Below are positions 52,455 to 64,000 of a stretch of 64,000 nucleotides of DNA, in pieces. The notes below the pieces were generated by a model. The model saw only the letters and a list, made by a program, of their open reading frames with translations, had not been told where the DNA came from and made no database searches. Both the position numbers and the translations under genes were made by a program. Origin of the DNA: Takakia lepidozioides (Eukaryota; Plantae; Bryophyta); assembly GCA_030704615.1 (NCBI GenBank), contig CM060734.1, positions 54,746,001 to 54,810,000 on the forward strand. Direction: 5' to 3'. Every line of letters starts with the position of its first letter. Positions within the stretch are counted from its first letter, which is position 1.

Positions 52455-53363
52455 TAGATGTATTTGACAATTCAAGCTTGGTTGGCAGAATGAAGATTTG
52501 ATTTTTACTACTCCCTTATGAACTGGATACATTGACTGCAGATTCCGAATGGGATGTTGATACTGTAATTTCGCAGGCCCAGTGTTAATAGAGGAAATCT
52601 TGAAAGTATTGAACAGGTGAAAGCAGATCATTTCCCTTGCCCCCAGAGAATTGCTAGAGATGTTAGGTGAATTAAAGTACTGACAGATCAATCTAGGTAC
52701 ACTGCAGTAAAGATTGAATAAACTGTGAATACTGCTTTTGCATGTATGGCTTGAGGGCGTGACAATTGATTACCACATCATGCCGGAAATGGCTTTTGGA
52801 TTCCATCTGCCAAGTTTGCAGTTGGATCATCTGCACAATGTTCCAGGTCTAGTGAATGTGTCTAGGTGGTGGTAGGACAGGGGGATTTGAGTCACATTAC
52901 ACCAAACGGTCGCATGCTGAATTTTCCTATCACCAAGTAGTTACAGGGTAAGCCGCTCATTTTTGTGCAGATCCATCGGATGCACAAGTTTGTGCTTAAC
53001 CGCACGGAAGCCCAAGAGCCACACAAGATGAGCATATTGTGCAAAAATTGACATTAAAGATCAGGAAACGAGCAATGTGATGCTCACAAATCGAATGTAG
53101 AAATTCCAATCTAGCAGCTGGAAAAGACGAGTGCCTAGACCCACATCACATGTGCATACAAATCTCACAGCACTACAACTAGGCAGAATCCCTCTTCTGC
53201 GACAACTGTGGCGGACAAATGCATCAAGACGAGAACCTGAACTGCAACACAAGCAACACAGTTGACTATAGGGAGCCAGACCCAGGGTGATTAATTGTAT
53301 TCTACTGTATTGTTGTGTTGGTGGCAATTATCCAGAACGCGAGGAGAGGAAGGAAAGGAGGAG

Positions 53364-53929
53364 ATGGCGATGGCGCTCTCTCTGCTGCAGGCCCTTGCCC
53401 CTGCCTTCTCGCATCTGTCGCTCTCGTCATCTGCTTCTTCGGCGATCTCCCTATGGAGACCTGGGTGCGGGCCATTTTCTGGTACGTGAATCCATGTAGA
53501 ATGTTTTTCTTGCACAAACTGCGGTCACAGCTCGGCCTTTGGAATGTGAGAGTGAGGGTTGAATGTGGGAACTAACGTCGTGCAGGACGTAGAGTGGGGT
53601 TGAAGTCCGGGAAAGCAGTGTGTCAAGGAGGAGATTACGGTGGACAGGTGAGAGCCAGTGCATATGGTACGTCCTTGACGTCGAAGGCTACAGAGGAGAG
53701 GAATTTGGCGGCCAAAGCTGCTGCAGATGCCCCAGAGTCAGAGACGGAGATCGTGGCGGAGGCTACCACCCCAGCCATAGCTTCTCTAGATCTGAAGTCA
53801 GAATCAGAGCTGTTGAAGAAGAAAGCTAAGAGGTTGGAGCTTCGAAGGAAGAGGTTGGTGCGCAAGCGCAAGCTAAGGAAGAAAGGCCAATGGCCTCCTT
53901 CCAAAATGGCCAAAACCAAGAATGTGTAG
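53364..53929 (+). CDS. PSRP5: Plastid-specific 50S ribosomal protein 5 (cL37)
   Basis: Exon 53364-53481 (Ser-rich transit peptide) plus 53586-53929, in frame; C-terminus KRLVRKRKLRKKGQWPPSKMAKTKNV is diagnostic. Confidence 0.92.
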
Positions 53930-54593
53930 GTCAGCGGATTTGTGATAATTTTGTTAAATTGAAGTGCTCTGATGTAAGAGAAGTTTGACTGCGTGGATCT
54001 GTAACATTTCAACTATTGGTACGTTCACAGACTGTCTTGCAAACCCTAACTCTATGGGGGTGCTTTGGGAAGAGAGAGAGTAGCCCTTATGGGGTTGGTC
54101 AATGACGAGATGCAAATGCACAGAGAGTGAGGTGAGAGGATATATATTGGCACACCAGCATACACTACCAGGGTGAAAAGGATTTGCAAGTTTCCAAAAA
54201 CCCAAAGAAGCCCACAGAAGCCCAAAGAGAGTAAGGAGACAGAAAGAGAAGAGAGAAGAAATTTCTGACAGGGAGGCGCAGAGTGGAATGAATCTGCAAA
54301 GAACAAATCAATCCAAGAAGTGCACGGAGACCGAGAACTAAGCATTTCAGGTCCTTGTAACTGAAGGCCTCTCTGCCAATGAGCACTTTGAGAAATGCTC
54401 CTGAAGAGGAAAGAAACCAGAAGAAAGAGGAAGGGAAATAATCACATCCCGGGGAGGGCAAGATGGCGCAAGGGAGGGACACAAGAAGAGAAAAAATGCA
54501 ACTTTAAGTATGTCCACATGATGCCACAAGGGTCGATTAGACAAGTAGAACAACAAGGCACCATTTCAAACACCAAACGTTGTTCCAAACCAA

Positions 54594-56395
54594 GAGTTTG
54601 AGGATTGGTTGAAGGCAGTGCTCAAGGAAGTGACTGATTCTGATGGTCAAATGGTTTTGTTTATTGATGAGATCCACACTGTCGTTGGTGCTGGTATGCA
54701 GTTCTATCTCTTCCTCTCTCACAGCTGTACAATCTTGTGTCCGTGCATCTTGGCTTTCACTCCCAAAGTGACTGTCCGTATGTGTTTGATAATTATCTGA
54801 AGTGGGGTCAGGAAATTGGAACAAGACAATAGAAGCACAGACAATGCAGGTAAGCCACCATAAGCACATGCTTTCGGGGAGAGTTTGAGGATCAGTTGAA
54901 GGCAGTGCTCAAGGAAGTGACTGATTTATTGATGAGATCCACACTGTCATTGGTGCTGGTATGCAGTTCTATCTCTTCCTCTCTCACAGCTGTACAATAT
55001 TGTATCCGTACATCTTGGTTATACTCGCAAAGTGACTGTCAGTATGTGTTTGATAATTATCTGAAATGGTGTCAGGAAATTGGAAGTACATAGAGAAGGA
55101 TCCTGCCTTAGAACGGCGCTTCCAACAGGTGTATGTAGACCAACCAACAGTAGAGGACACTGTCTCCTCTTAGGGGGCTTCGCGAGCGGTATCAACTGCA
55201 TCATGGGGTTCGTATCTCAGATAGCGCGTTGGTGGAGGCTGCCTTGCTATCTGACCACTACATCAGCGACCAGTTTCTTCCTGACAAGGGTATGGTGTCT
55301 CTATCTCATGAAGATCTTCTGACAATACATCTGGCCATTGACTTAGTAGATGAAGCGGCCTTAGTGAGATATGAAGACTGCTTTTCTTCATGATAAGGAA
55401 TGTAGATAACAGCAAGTTGGAACTAATTGTGCTGCTGTTTCTGCACGAAATGTAAGAGGAAATGACGAAATCTTATGCACTTTTTGAGTTGTGTGCAGGT
55501 GGATCGAGTGAATCTGGAGATTCAACAAGCAGAGCGTGACTACGACTTGAACTGTGCCGCTGAGCTTAAGTATGGGAGTCTCATGACCCTGCAGCGGCAA
55601 TTGGAAGCTGCTGAGCAGGCTTTGGATGAATACCAGAGCACTGGCAAGTCTATGCTCAGAGAAGAAGTTACCGGAAGCGATAAAGCAGAAATTGTGAGCA
55701 AATGGACTGGTATTTCCATCTCAAAACTGCAGCAATCGGAGAAAGACAAACTCTTACATTTGAATGATGAACTTCACAAGTGTGTTTACAGTGTGGATTC
55801 TGAAGCAGGGCTTTTTGACCATGGCAAAAATAATGGAGTCCCTAAGATTGTTGTTATGATGCTTGAGGATGCGTCGTTTGGGGACTCAATTAAGCCCCCC
55901 ATCTTGATGGTTGTAGCAAAGAGGTGATATACGAGGCTATGTGAGCGCGGGTTATGTGAGCGCGGGTCATGGAGGCAGCACGAATGACTTTCGGGTTGAT
56001 GAATACATTGTATTCCAGCCTCTTGACCGCGATCAAATCAGCAGGATAGTCAACCTACAGGTACACTTCTACCCCCTCACCAAGTTTGTCTGGAAAGCTG
56101 GGTGTGAGATTTTCTCACTAGGAATAAGCCTCTGGTATCAGTTCTTTGTAATTCTCATAATATCATGATTCCTTTAGTTCCTGAGATTTCAATCAGATTT
56201 TCCATTGTAACAGTATTTAGGCATGAGATTGTACTCATAAGACGTTGTTTGCCGTAGTATTTAGGCATGAGAAATGACATCCAAGTTTGAGCACAAAGTG
56301 GGTTATACCACCTGGGTTACTCCACACGGGTTACCCAGGTCACTTCATGGGGTGATACAAGAAGGGTTAGAGTGCATGCGGTTACACATAGACAA
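54594..56395 (+). pseudogene. Scrambled partial tandem duplicate of the ClpB gene (exon and intron pieces)
   Basis: Near-identical patches of ClpB exon 6 plus intron (twice), exon 7, exon 8 start, intron 8, two pieces of exon 9, and intron 9, with deletions and frameshifts. Confidence 0.92.
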
Positions 56396-57069
56396 AGAGG
56401 GTTACACTAAACGAGAGGGGTGACAGTGAAAGGAGTAATACTAACAGAAATACGGGGGGCACTATAGAGCCAAGGTCTCTCGTGTAACTCGGAGAGTGTA
56501 ACCCCTCGTCATCATCCTGGTTACTCTAACTTACCCAGTATTGTTACTTTTGATTCATCTGGGCTGGGATATTCTTTTGGAAGGAAATGTAGCTGGTGAA
56601 ACCAATCTTGTAATACTTGTGTCTGCATTGCTTCCGTTCTCTCCCGCTTTTTGCATTGTATACACCCCTCTCCCCAAGTTGTCACATAGGCCTCTAGACC
56701 TTTGGATGTAAAAAAATGTATTCTTCTTTCTCGCTTTGGCCTTTCCATGGTTGTGAGTTCAGCGCACCTGGTGTACCAGTTTCGTGGTGGGAAAAAAATC
56801 TGGAATTGCTGCAGTCATCTTTTCTCCAAGCAATGCTTGGTGCCAGAGGCACAACTCCATCTCACATCCTATGTGCAGAGTTTGCATGCGTGCCACTTCA
56901 AACCAAGGCCTCTTCCGGCTTACAATCTTTCTTAAAAGGTTACAATCAAGGGGCTCATGCCACGTCACCTGGATAATCTGCCGTAGAGCACTCGAGGCTC
57001 CCGCCGCTCACTGGCTCTTCGGCAGATTATCCCAGGTAACGTGGCTCCCAATGGACGTTCTCTAATACA

Positions 57070-58520
57070 TTTAATGATTGCGAATTGACCAACTGAGAAC
57101 TTGCATGGATGATATCCATGCCAACGTTTCGCACAGAGAGTTGGGATTTCTGCGCGGAACTCCCATTTCTGAGTCTCCGAGACAGATGAAAAAGTGTATC
57201 CCGCTGTTCGAACAAGATCCTATGGAGCTGCGAGGACAACGGTATGTTGTACACTTCATGGCGTATACTGTTGCAATGCACAACATTCTAACAGCCGCTG
57301 CCATACACAAAATCCAGATAATTATAGTCTTCCACACTTACAATTCGATTTAATGATTGCGAACTGAACAACTTTCAACTTCAATGGATGACATCCATGC
57401 TAACGAATTCGTACTCGCAGTTCGTAATTTCGCGCGAGGCTGCCATTTCTGAGTTTCCAGAACGGATGAAAACATTGACTCTGACCAACTAATTCTGACC
57501 AACTAAGAGCTTGCATGGATGATATCTATGCCAGCGTTTTGCACAGACTATTCGCAATTCCGCACGGAACTGCCATTTGTGAGTCTCCAGAACGGATGGA
57601 AAACTGACTCGTTCCGCACGGAATTGGATGTAATTCTGCACGGAGCTAATGTGGTTCGTAATTCTGCACAGAACAGCCATTTCTTGGTTTTGCAAAGGAT
57701 TGAACAACCCGCAAATGAAACCCCCACATTCGAGCCACATTAGCTCACGAGACAACTTCCCGGTAGGATGTTTTGTGCACTGTTGTCTAAGGGGGATGAT
57801 AATTCCGTGCAGAACTGCGAGTCTCAAGCAGCACCCACAAACAGAATTGGATGTAATTAGACTGGTTTGGGAGTCCAAATGCATGTGGCTGTTCGATGGA
57901 CGTTTTAAATTCGGCGCGGAACTGTGCGTTGCCGTTTCGAAAACCTAGTAATCTACCTCCTCTCTCACTCTCTGAAGCTGTGATCGTCAACGAAATATAC
58001 GACGAAATATGCCACAATTTTCCGTCTGGTTCTAATATCCACAGTATATTCCCGTATATTTTGAGTATATTCCTAATTATTCGATCGAATATATCATATA
58101 TATGCCGTTTTCGACAATGTCTGTTTGGGCTGTCTGTGGTTTATTTCTGTGGGTGGTCGACAGTTCTGCACGGAACTGTCTTCTACTTCATCTCTATGTC
58201 ACGCCATATTATTTGTTGAGTTTTTTAATTCCGCGCGGAATCGCGAAATTGCTGTGATTTTGATGGAAACCTGTGTCCCTCACCAATAAGTCATTATGCA
58301 GCAAGGCGACAGTTCTATACGGAACTGCCATATGCTGCACCTTGAAATCACGCGACATTTTCTGTTATGGATGCAATTCCGCGCGGAATTGCGAAATTGG
58401 TGTAAGTCTGCTGTCACACTCTTTAATATTGTCGCGGATAATTTTGTGTCATTATCCCCGTAGTAAATGAAATGTCGTCAGCTTATAAACTTGCGATTCC
58501 GCGCGGAAGTGGTTTCATGT
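57070..58520. repeat. Degenerate ~130-bp repeat array with recurrent palindrome TTCCGC(G/A)CGGAA; probable transposon remnant
   Basis: Units begin near 57071, 57350 and 57490 (...TGGATGATATCCATGCC...CCATTTCTGAGT...); TTCCGCGCGGAA at ~58229, 58377 and 58497. Confidence 0.6.
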
Positions 58521-59934
58521 GATGGCGGAATTCACCAGTTGCTATTTCATAAATTCCCCCGACCAAGAAGTCTCTCTGTGGGAGGATGACAGTTCAACAC
58601 CTTTTTGTCATGCCATATTATGTGTTGAGGATGTCATTTCTTCCCGATTGCGTTAGGCTCGAAATTCATCGTTAAATTTTGTGGTAAAATTGTGGCGTAA
58701 ATTTCTGTTTTAGTTTCTGTGTAAAAAGAATGACCGACCGCGTGAAATTCGCCCCCACCAATGATAAAGCAAATGCGGATAGGGATCCATGTGGATCGGT
58801 CATCCGTGTGCGGCGTCCTGTGACAGTACTTTACCGTTGGGAGTTACTGCATGCTGGACACGTTTTGCACACGTGTCCATATACAGTTGTTTGTCCTTGG
58901 ATGAAGCGTATCATCTATTTGGGAGGGTGGATGACGTCGGAAGGGTTTGAGATTGCCCCGGCACCGCCCACTCGTTCTCCCTTCTTTGCTTCATGGGTCT
59001 CGTCACGAGATCTCAGCGCAATCGCAATGAGGGCGATTCTCCTCCTCGTGGAATGGGCGGAGGTTTTCCTTGGCGGCAGGGTAGGTTTTCCGCGTTGAGT
59101 CTTCGTCGGAGGAGGATGAGGAGGTCATGAAGGAGGGAGGGCAGAGAAGAGAACGGCCGCTGATATTCCGTTGACAGAGAGCATGAAGGATGAGGCGGAG
59201 AAGGCACTAAAGGAGTTCGCACAGAACCACACCTTCTCCTCTTTCAGGCACCTCCGATGAGGGCAGCTATCGTGTGAGCAGAACCCGTGAGCAGAATCCC
59301 TTAAGCGCGAGCAGATTAGTGAAGCGGAGCCTAGAATCGAGGGAAAAAGTGGGCTTATTGCCGTGGGCACAAACTCAAACTCCACTGCATGGACGCAATC
59401 TCCTCTCCATCGGACCAAAGACAAACAGCCACGAATGTGCGATAAAAAACCGACGGATGAATATATCTGTGATGAACATAAAAAGGAATGGATGAACGTT
59501 GGATGAACATTGGATGAGTGTAGGATGAAAAAGTGCCTAGATGAGTGAACCATGGATGACTGCAACAACATGTATCCTTACCGATCAGCATGTGCGTAAG
59601 CATTGTCCGATTTCGTGAAGACTCTCGAACAGAACGACCAAGTGAACAGTAGACAGGTATGATCAGTCCATCATCTGACCTTTTGGGCGATTTAAAACCT
59701 TTGTGTATAAGCTGTAGCAGGCTATCCCTCCCATTCTAGTTTGTCCCCCAGGTGAGAATTGAGAACCTAAGTTCGCCCACATCCACCGGGGTCTTAGGAA
59801 GTTGGGGACACCCTGAAGAGGAGCATTGCGAAAGGCTAGGACATTTTTATATAATGGAAGAGATGTTCAGAAGATTTTCCCTTTCAAGAGCAGGCATCGC
59901 CTTATATTCTAGACTCGAGCTACAGTCGTGAGCT

Positions 59935-61042
59935 TGTTGGCATATCAAGATCAGCCTTAAATATTTCTTTCTGCGCCGCATTCTCCCAGCATCACTTCCC
60001 CGAATTGCTTCTTTTGATCACTCACATATATGATCATGAATGCAGACGTCTGTGGTGCTCCTGGCTGTGAGGTTCCTGATCTCAGTTGCTGTGATCGGTA
60101 TGTTCCTCATGAGCCCTATCACTGATTATCAAAGCTGGAGTGCCTGGCATGGACACCTGCTTACATGCAATTACCACACGATGAATCAAGCCCACACTTT
60201 AGACAATCTTGCAGGCAACCTGGTCAAAAAAAGACATCACAACTTATGTAATGTACACAGAGAGAAGATTCCGGCCGTAGCGAGTGTTAAGAAGAGCTGC
60301 TCAAATTTATCTGCAATTTAATCTTAATAAGAGTACCTTAATAGAATCCAACAGTATGTTGACGATGAGATACTGCTTGTCTACACTTGTCATGGCTTAG
60401 GAGAACTCCAAACAGCAGCACAGCAAATGAAGTTCTCATTTTCGAAAGAACTTCAAACACGAAACGGGAAGTTTTCCCGTTCCTCGAATTCGGTGGAGAA
60501 TTCGCTGTCTCCTTCCCTCCCTCATGCTTTAATTGTAGTTCTGCCTTTCCCGTTTCCCGAAGTCGCTGTTTCCTTCCCTCTTCTTCCTGCTTTAAGTCTC
60601 CCTCAAATCTTTCCTGCCCTCCAGATCAGCCACAGTCAGCTGATATTGTCAAGATGGCTGGTTGATCTTGCTCTTCAAGCCGTCAAGATGCAGCTCCGTG
60701 CAGCTGATGAAGGAGCGAGAGCAACCAGTCGATTACGCATTGGTAGCAGTGAAAATGTTGAGAAACGACGGCTCACTTCATAAAACCAAATATTTACTGA
60801 CTAGTTAGACATATCACAGGTTTTCTCGCAGCAGACTTCTCAGCTATCTCTCACGCCGGGCCTTTCTCCACGCCTCTCTTGTCTATGGCTATGGAGAAGA
60901 TCTCTCCCATACATATAGTTCCAGCACTCTCATGAGTCGTCTCTTGGCCTCCTCCAAGGCGTCTTCGTACTTCTATGAGTTAGACTGTTCCCATTCACTC
61001 ACTGAAGGGTCATTGAGATATTAAATGTTGAATATCTCAACA
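59935..61042. mobile_element. Possible solo LTR
   Basis: Bounded by TGTTG...CAACA; the minus-strand end reads TGTTGAGATATT. No TSD, PBS or PPT found. Confidence 0.3.
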
Positions 61043-63129
61043 AAAAAAACTGGATGTGGAATCAAGGGAGACCTCAAATGGGGTGAGGAAGCTGTGAAGA
61101 ATTCCTGCAACAGACGTGAGAGTGAGACCCGCGCTTCTTTATTAATCCCCTGCCTTCTCTAAAGACTCTAAAGAGCAATGCTACCTATCTGTTTGGTGGG
61201 ATCACCCGGATAAGGCTCGGGAAAGCTATTGGAATGATGCATAAGTAGAATCGTTCGGACGTGACCTCCAAGGCGACCCTCCCGTGTTCATATTTAAGCC
61301 CATGACTATGCTCCAGAATTTTTATTGATAAGGAAGAGGAGAGGGAACACGCCAAAACACATAGAGTGACTTTTGTCAGCAGAAGAGCTAGAGAATACCA
61401 TCATGACATACTGCGGGAGAAATGGAGAATCCAAGGAAGAGTGCTTCAAAGATATTTCTGCAAATTTAATGCGCCAGTAGTGATGCTGGAATTGGTGTCG
61501 TGGAGCCTTGGGAGGGCGTGACAATGAACTCAATCATGGGCAACATTTTCCTATAGCAAGGGAGAGATGCAGTCAAGTCAAGTTTTTACACATTCACTTT
61601 ACCATAACCCTGCATAATGGATTGGCGACAGACAAACGTATTCTCTCTCCAGTTCATGTGTAGGGGAAGACCCCACAAGCAAAACTGAGGGGGGTGAAAG
61701 AAACCCTCCCTTGGGGGCTTCCCAAATCCATTCCTATGGGTTCAGACTTCTGACAATATCAATCGGCCACTTTGCGAGGCCCATGGATTGACTGTTGAAG
61801 AACAAGGAAAGGGAGAGGCTAGTGTCGACAGTCTCTGGAGGCCCTATCGTCAGGCATTACAGAGAATGTCACACAGTTTGCATGTCTTTTTCAAGGTCAA
61901 CTGGTTTCAGCCATCGAGAGGCGTTGTCAGGTTTGTCCCATTTTGTTCTTTCATAGCACCCATTCATGATGCAGGTTAACCATGAATCTGAACGTTCAAG
62001 TGCAGTTTACAATGGGTTCAATTCCATAGTTCAATTGTAGGTGGATTACTTGGCATGTTGATTATATGGGCTTGTCCTATTGGTGTTTGTTTATGTCGTA
62101 AGAAGGTGAGTTTACTAGCCTCTCACATTGATATACATAAGGTGATATTGAAAGCAATGCTTGTGTCTCTTTGGGTACTGCCTGACAGACACTGATTCTT
62201 GAGTCTGAGTTTGTTGCGATGAGAAAAGCTTAAAGTTTGAATCTCAAGAACAAGATCTCGTATCCGCGTAATTGTCTTTTTTTTTTATGAGGGCTGTTGG
62301 GTGTGATAATTCTACAGCAGATCACAATAATCTAAGGCAGTCTGTAGAAGAAACAGATGTTTGGGCTGTTTTGAAAATCGTCCAAAGACCACTGGAGCAT
62401 AACCAAATGCCAGGCTAGCGAACGTTGGCTTCATCTCTCTGGAATCCCGAGTACAATCCCTGTAATATTCCTCAAACAATTCTCCCCTGCCTTTATTCTG
62501 GCCACCCAATGACCCTAGTCACTCTCTCTTCTGACACCTCGTTATTCTGATGCTCTCCCCCTCTGTGTATTGGGTGTTCTGTCTGTGTTGGTGTTCTTGA
62601 GAGGTTTTGGCACCTGGGTTCTGACCGTATTTCGAGGAAGCTGGTTTCTCATTTCTGCAGGGTCCATCTCCTTAATGCAGTAGCTGTGGCCATGAGTGCC
62701 GAGGAGCTATCATCTTCCCCTCCTGAGGCAGCAATCCGAAATGAGCGTAAGCTCCGCCGTTAAAGGAGAAGATCTGAGCCTGGAGCTGCGCCAGCCGATG
62801 AGAGGTTCGTTTCTGATACATGAGCTCTGCCAGCAGATGAGAAGCTTGCTTTTGAGCCCAAAGCTTTCCCAGTCGATGAGCACTCTGATTTCTTCCACTA
62901 TCGCCAAAGTCAGTCAGAATCCCCCTCGTACCTCATGACCTGCTCCAGTCAAGTGCAATTTCCCACCTACGCTGGGGAGAACCCACTATCAATTCCTGTG
63001 GATATGCCACAGGAAATGCCTCAACAGTACATCATGGTCAATATTCTCAGGAAATGGTGGATGAACTTAGTAGCTACACACGTCAATGAATGAAGCAAGA
63101 CACTCGAACCTTTCCAGACAAACATTGTT

Positions 63130-64000
63130 TCACCAGTAATCCCCACAAGAACAAACCCCATCTTCAAAGTGGTGGAAGCGGTTAGCGTCCCGTACAACAA
63201 TTGCTCGGCCAACAATCTTCGAGATGAGCTTGGTGGAAGTGTGGCAGTCACCACACACACGAAGATTCTTGATGAGACGGAGAGGCGTCCAATGGGCTGT
63301 GCTGATCAGCCCAAAACCAATGGCCAGCTTCTCACTGTGGTGGCAAAGAGAAAATTCCTTTTGTTCCTCCCCCACATCATGCAATACAAAGCGCGTGTCA
63401 GGCGCGTACCCTGCCTCCTTCATCTGCCCAGACAATCTTCTCAGCTCAGCATGGATTTCCTTAATTTTGGGATGCAATTTGTCATCTACCACAAAGGTGT
63501 GCACCCTGTTGCCAACCTCAATGCAGCAGTGACCTTGCTCCTTTCTAACCCCTCTGACCTTCATCATTTTTCTCACCTTTGCACTATCGTCCCACCTGCC
63601 AGCTGCGGCATAGATGTTTGATAGCAACACATAAGTCGCAGCATCCTGTTCATCCCACTTGAGAATAGATGTTGCCGCACGTTCAGCCATCTCCACATTG
63701 CCATGGATTCTGCAGGCACCAAGCAAAGCCTTCCACACCACAACATCTGGTTTGATTGGCATTATATTAATGAGGTCCTCTGCCTCATCCAATTGCCCCG
63801 CACGCCCAAGAAGGTCCACCATACAGCCAAAGTGCTTTGCTGTCGGCGTGACACCATGATCTTGACTCAGGGAGTCAAAGTAGCGTCTTCCTTCATCCAG
63901 TAGGCCAGCATGGCTGCATGCAAAGAGAATACATATAAAGGTGACACTGTCCGGCTTCAAACCTTCCTTTTGCATTCCTTCAAATAGTTGCAGGGCCTCC
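63130..64000 (-). CDS. PLS-class PPR protein with E and DYW cytidine-deaminase domains (organellar C-to-U editing factor); 5' part beyond the right edge
   Basis: ACSHAGLLDEG, HFGCMVDLLGRAG, YVLLSNIYAAAGRW, HHSEKLAI (HxE), KNLRVCGDCH (CxxC), terminal CSCGDYW*. Confidence 0.96.
   Translation of the reverse strand, partial: EALQLFEGMQKEGLKPDSVTFICILFACSHAGLLDEGRRYFDSLSQDHGVTPTAKHFGCMVDLLGRAGQLDEAEDLINIMPIKPDVVVWKALLGACRIHGNVEMAERAATSILKWDEQDAATYVLLSNIYAAAGRWDDSAKVRKMMKVRGVRKEQGHCCIEVGNRVHTFVVDDKLHPKIKEIHAELRRLSGQMKEAGYAPDTRFVLHDVGEEQKEFSLCHHSEKLAIGFGLISTAHWTPLRLIKNLRVCGDCHTSTKLISKIVGRAIVVRDANRFHHFEDGVCSCGDYW

Noticed and set aside
57070-57620. Spaced repeats considered as a CRISPR-like array
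   Set aside because: Eukaryotic context, long degenerate units, no constant repeat/spacer period, no cas genes.
62300-62940. Short ORFs downstream of the PPR-DYW gene
   Set aside because: No recognisable domain or consistent exon structure.

Overview
Eukaryotic nuclear DNA from a non-flowering land plant, most likely a moss or other bryophyte. The evidence is GT-AG intron-rich genes, a PPR-DYW editing factor, a flavodiiron (FLV) gene fragment (a family absent from angiosperms), RTE-X-like LINEs and a Crinkler-type gene. Apparently intact genes: NOL10/ENP2 (minus strand, runs off the left edge), a GT37 xyloglucan fucosyltransferase, a GONST1-type GDP-mannose transporter, plastid ClpB, PSRP5, and a PPR-E-DYW gene (minus strand, runs off the right edge). 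The 23-42 kb interval is a mosaic of decayed gene fragments (SMG8, RTF2, FBW2-like, PPR, type II 5-phosphatase, Crinkler NTPase-REase) and transposons. The standout object is a fully bounded 5,048-bp DNA transposon at 30142-35189. It has 316/363-bp TIRs, TAG...CTA ends, a perfect 6-bp TSD (AGCGCC), an intron-containing IS3EU-like DDE transposase remnant, and cargo consisting of a flavodiiron exon and a LINE endonuclease segment. Also notable are RTE-X-like LINE copies with no poly(A) tail inserted at TCTC sites, and a scrambled tandem duplicate of ClpB. All family assignments come from motif recognition by eye; no database searches were run.
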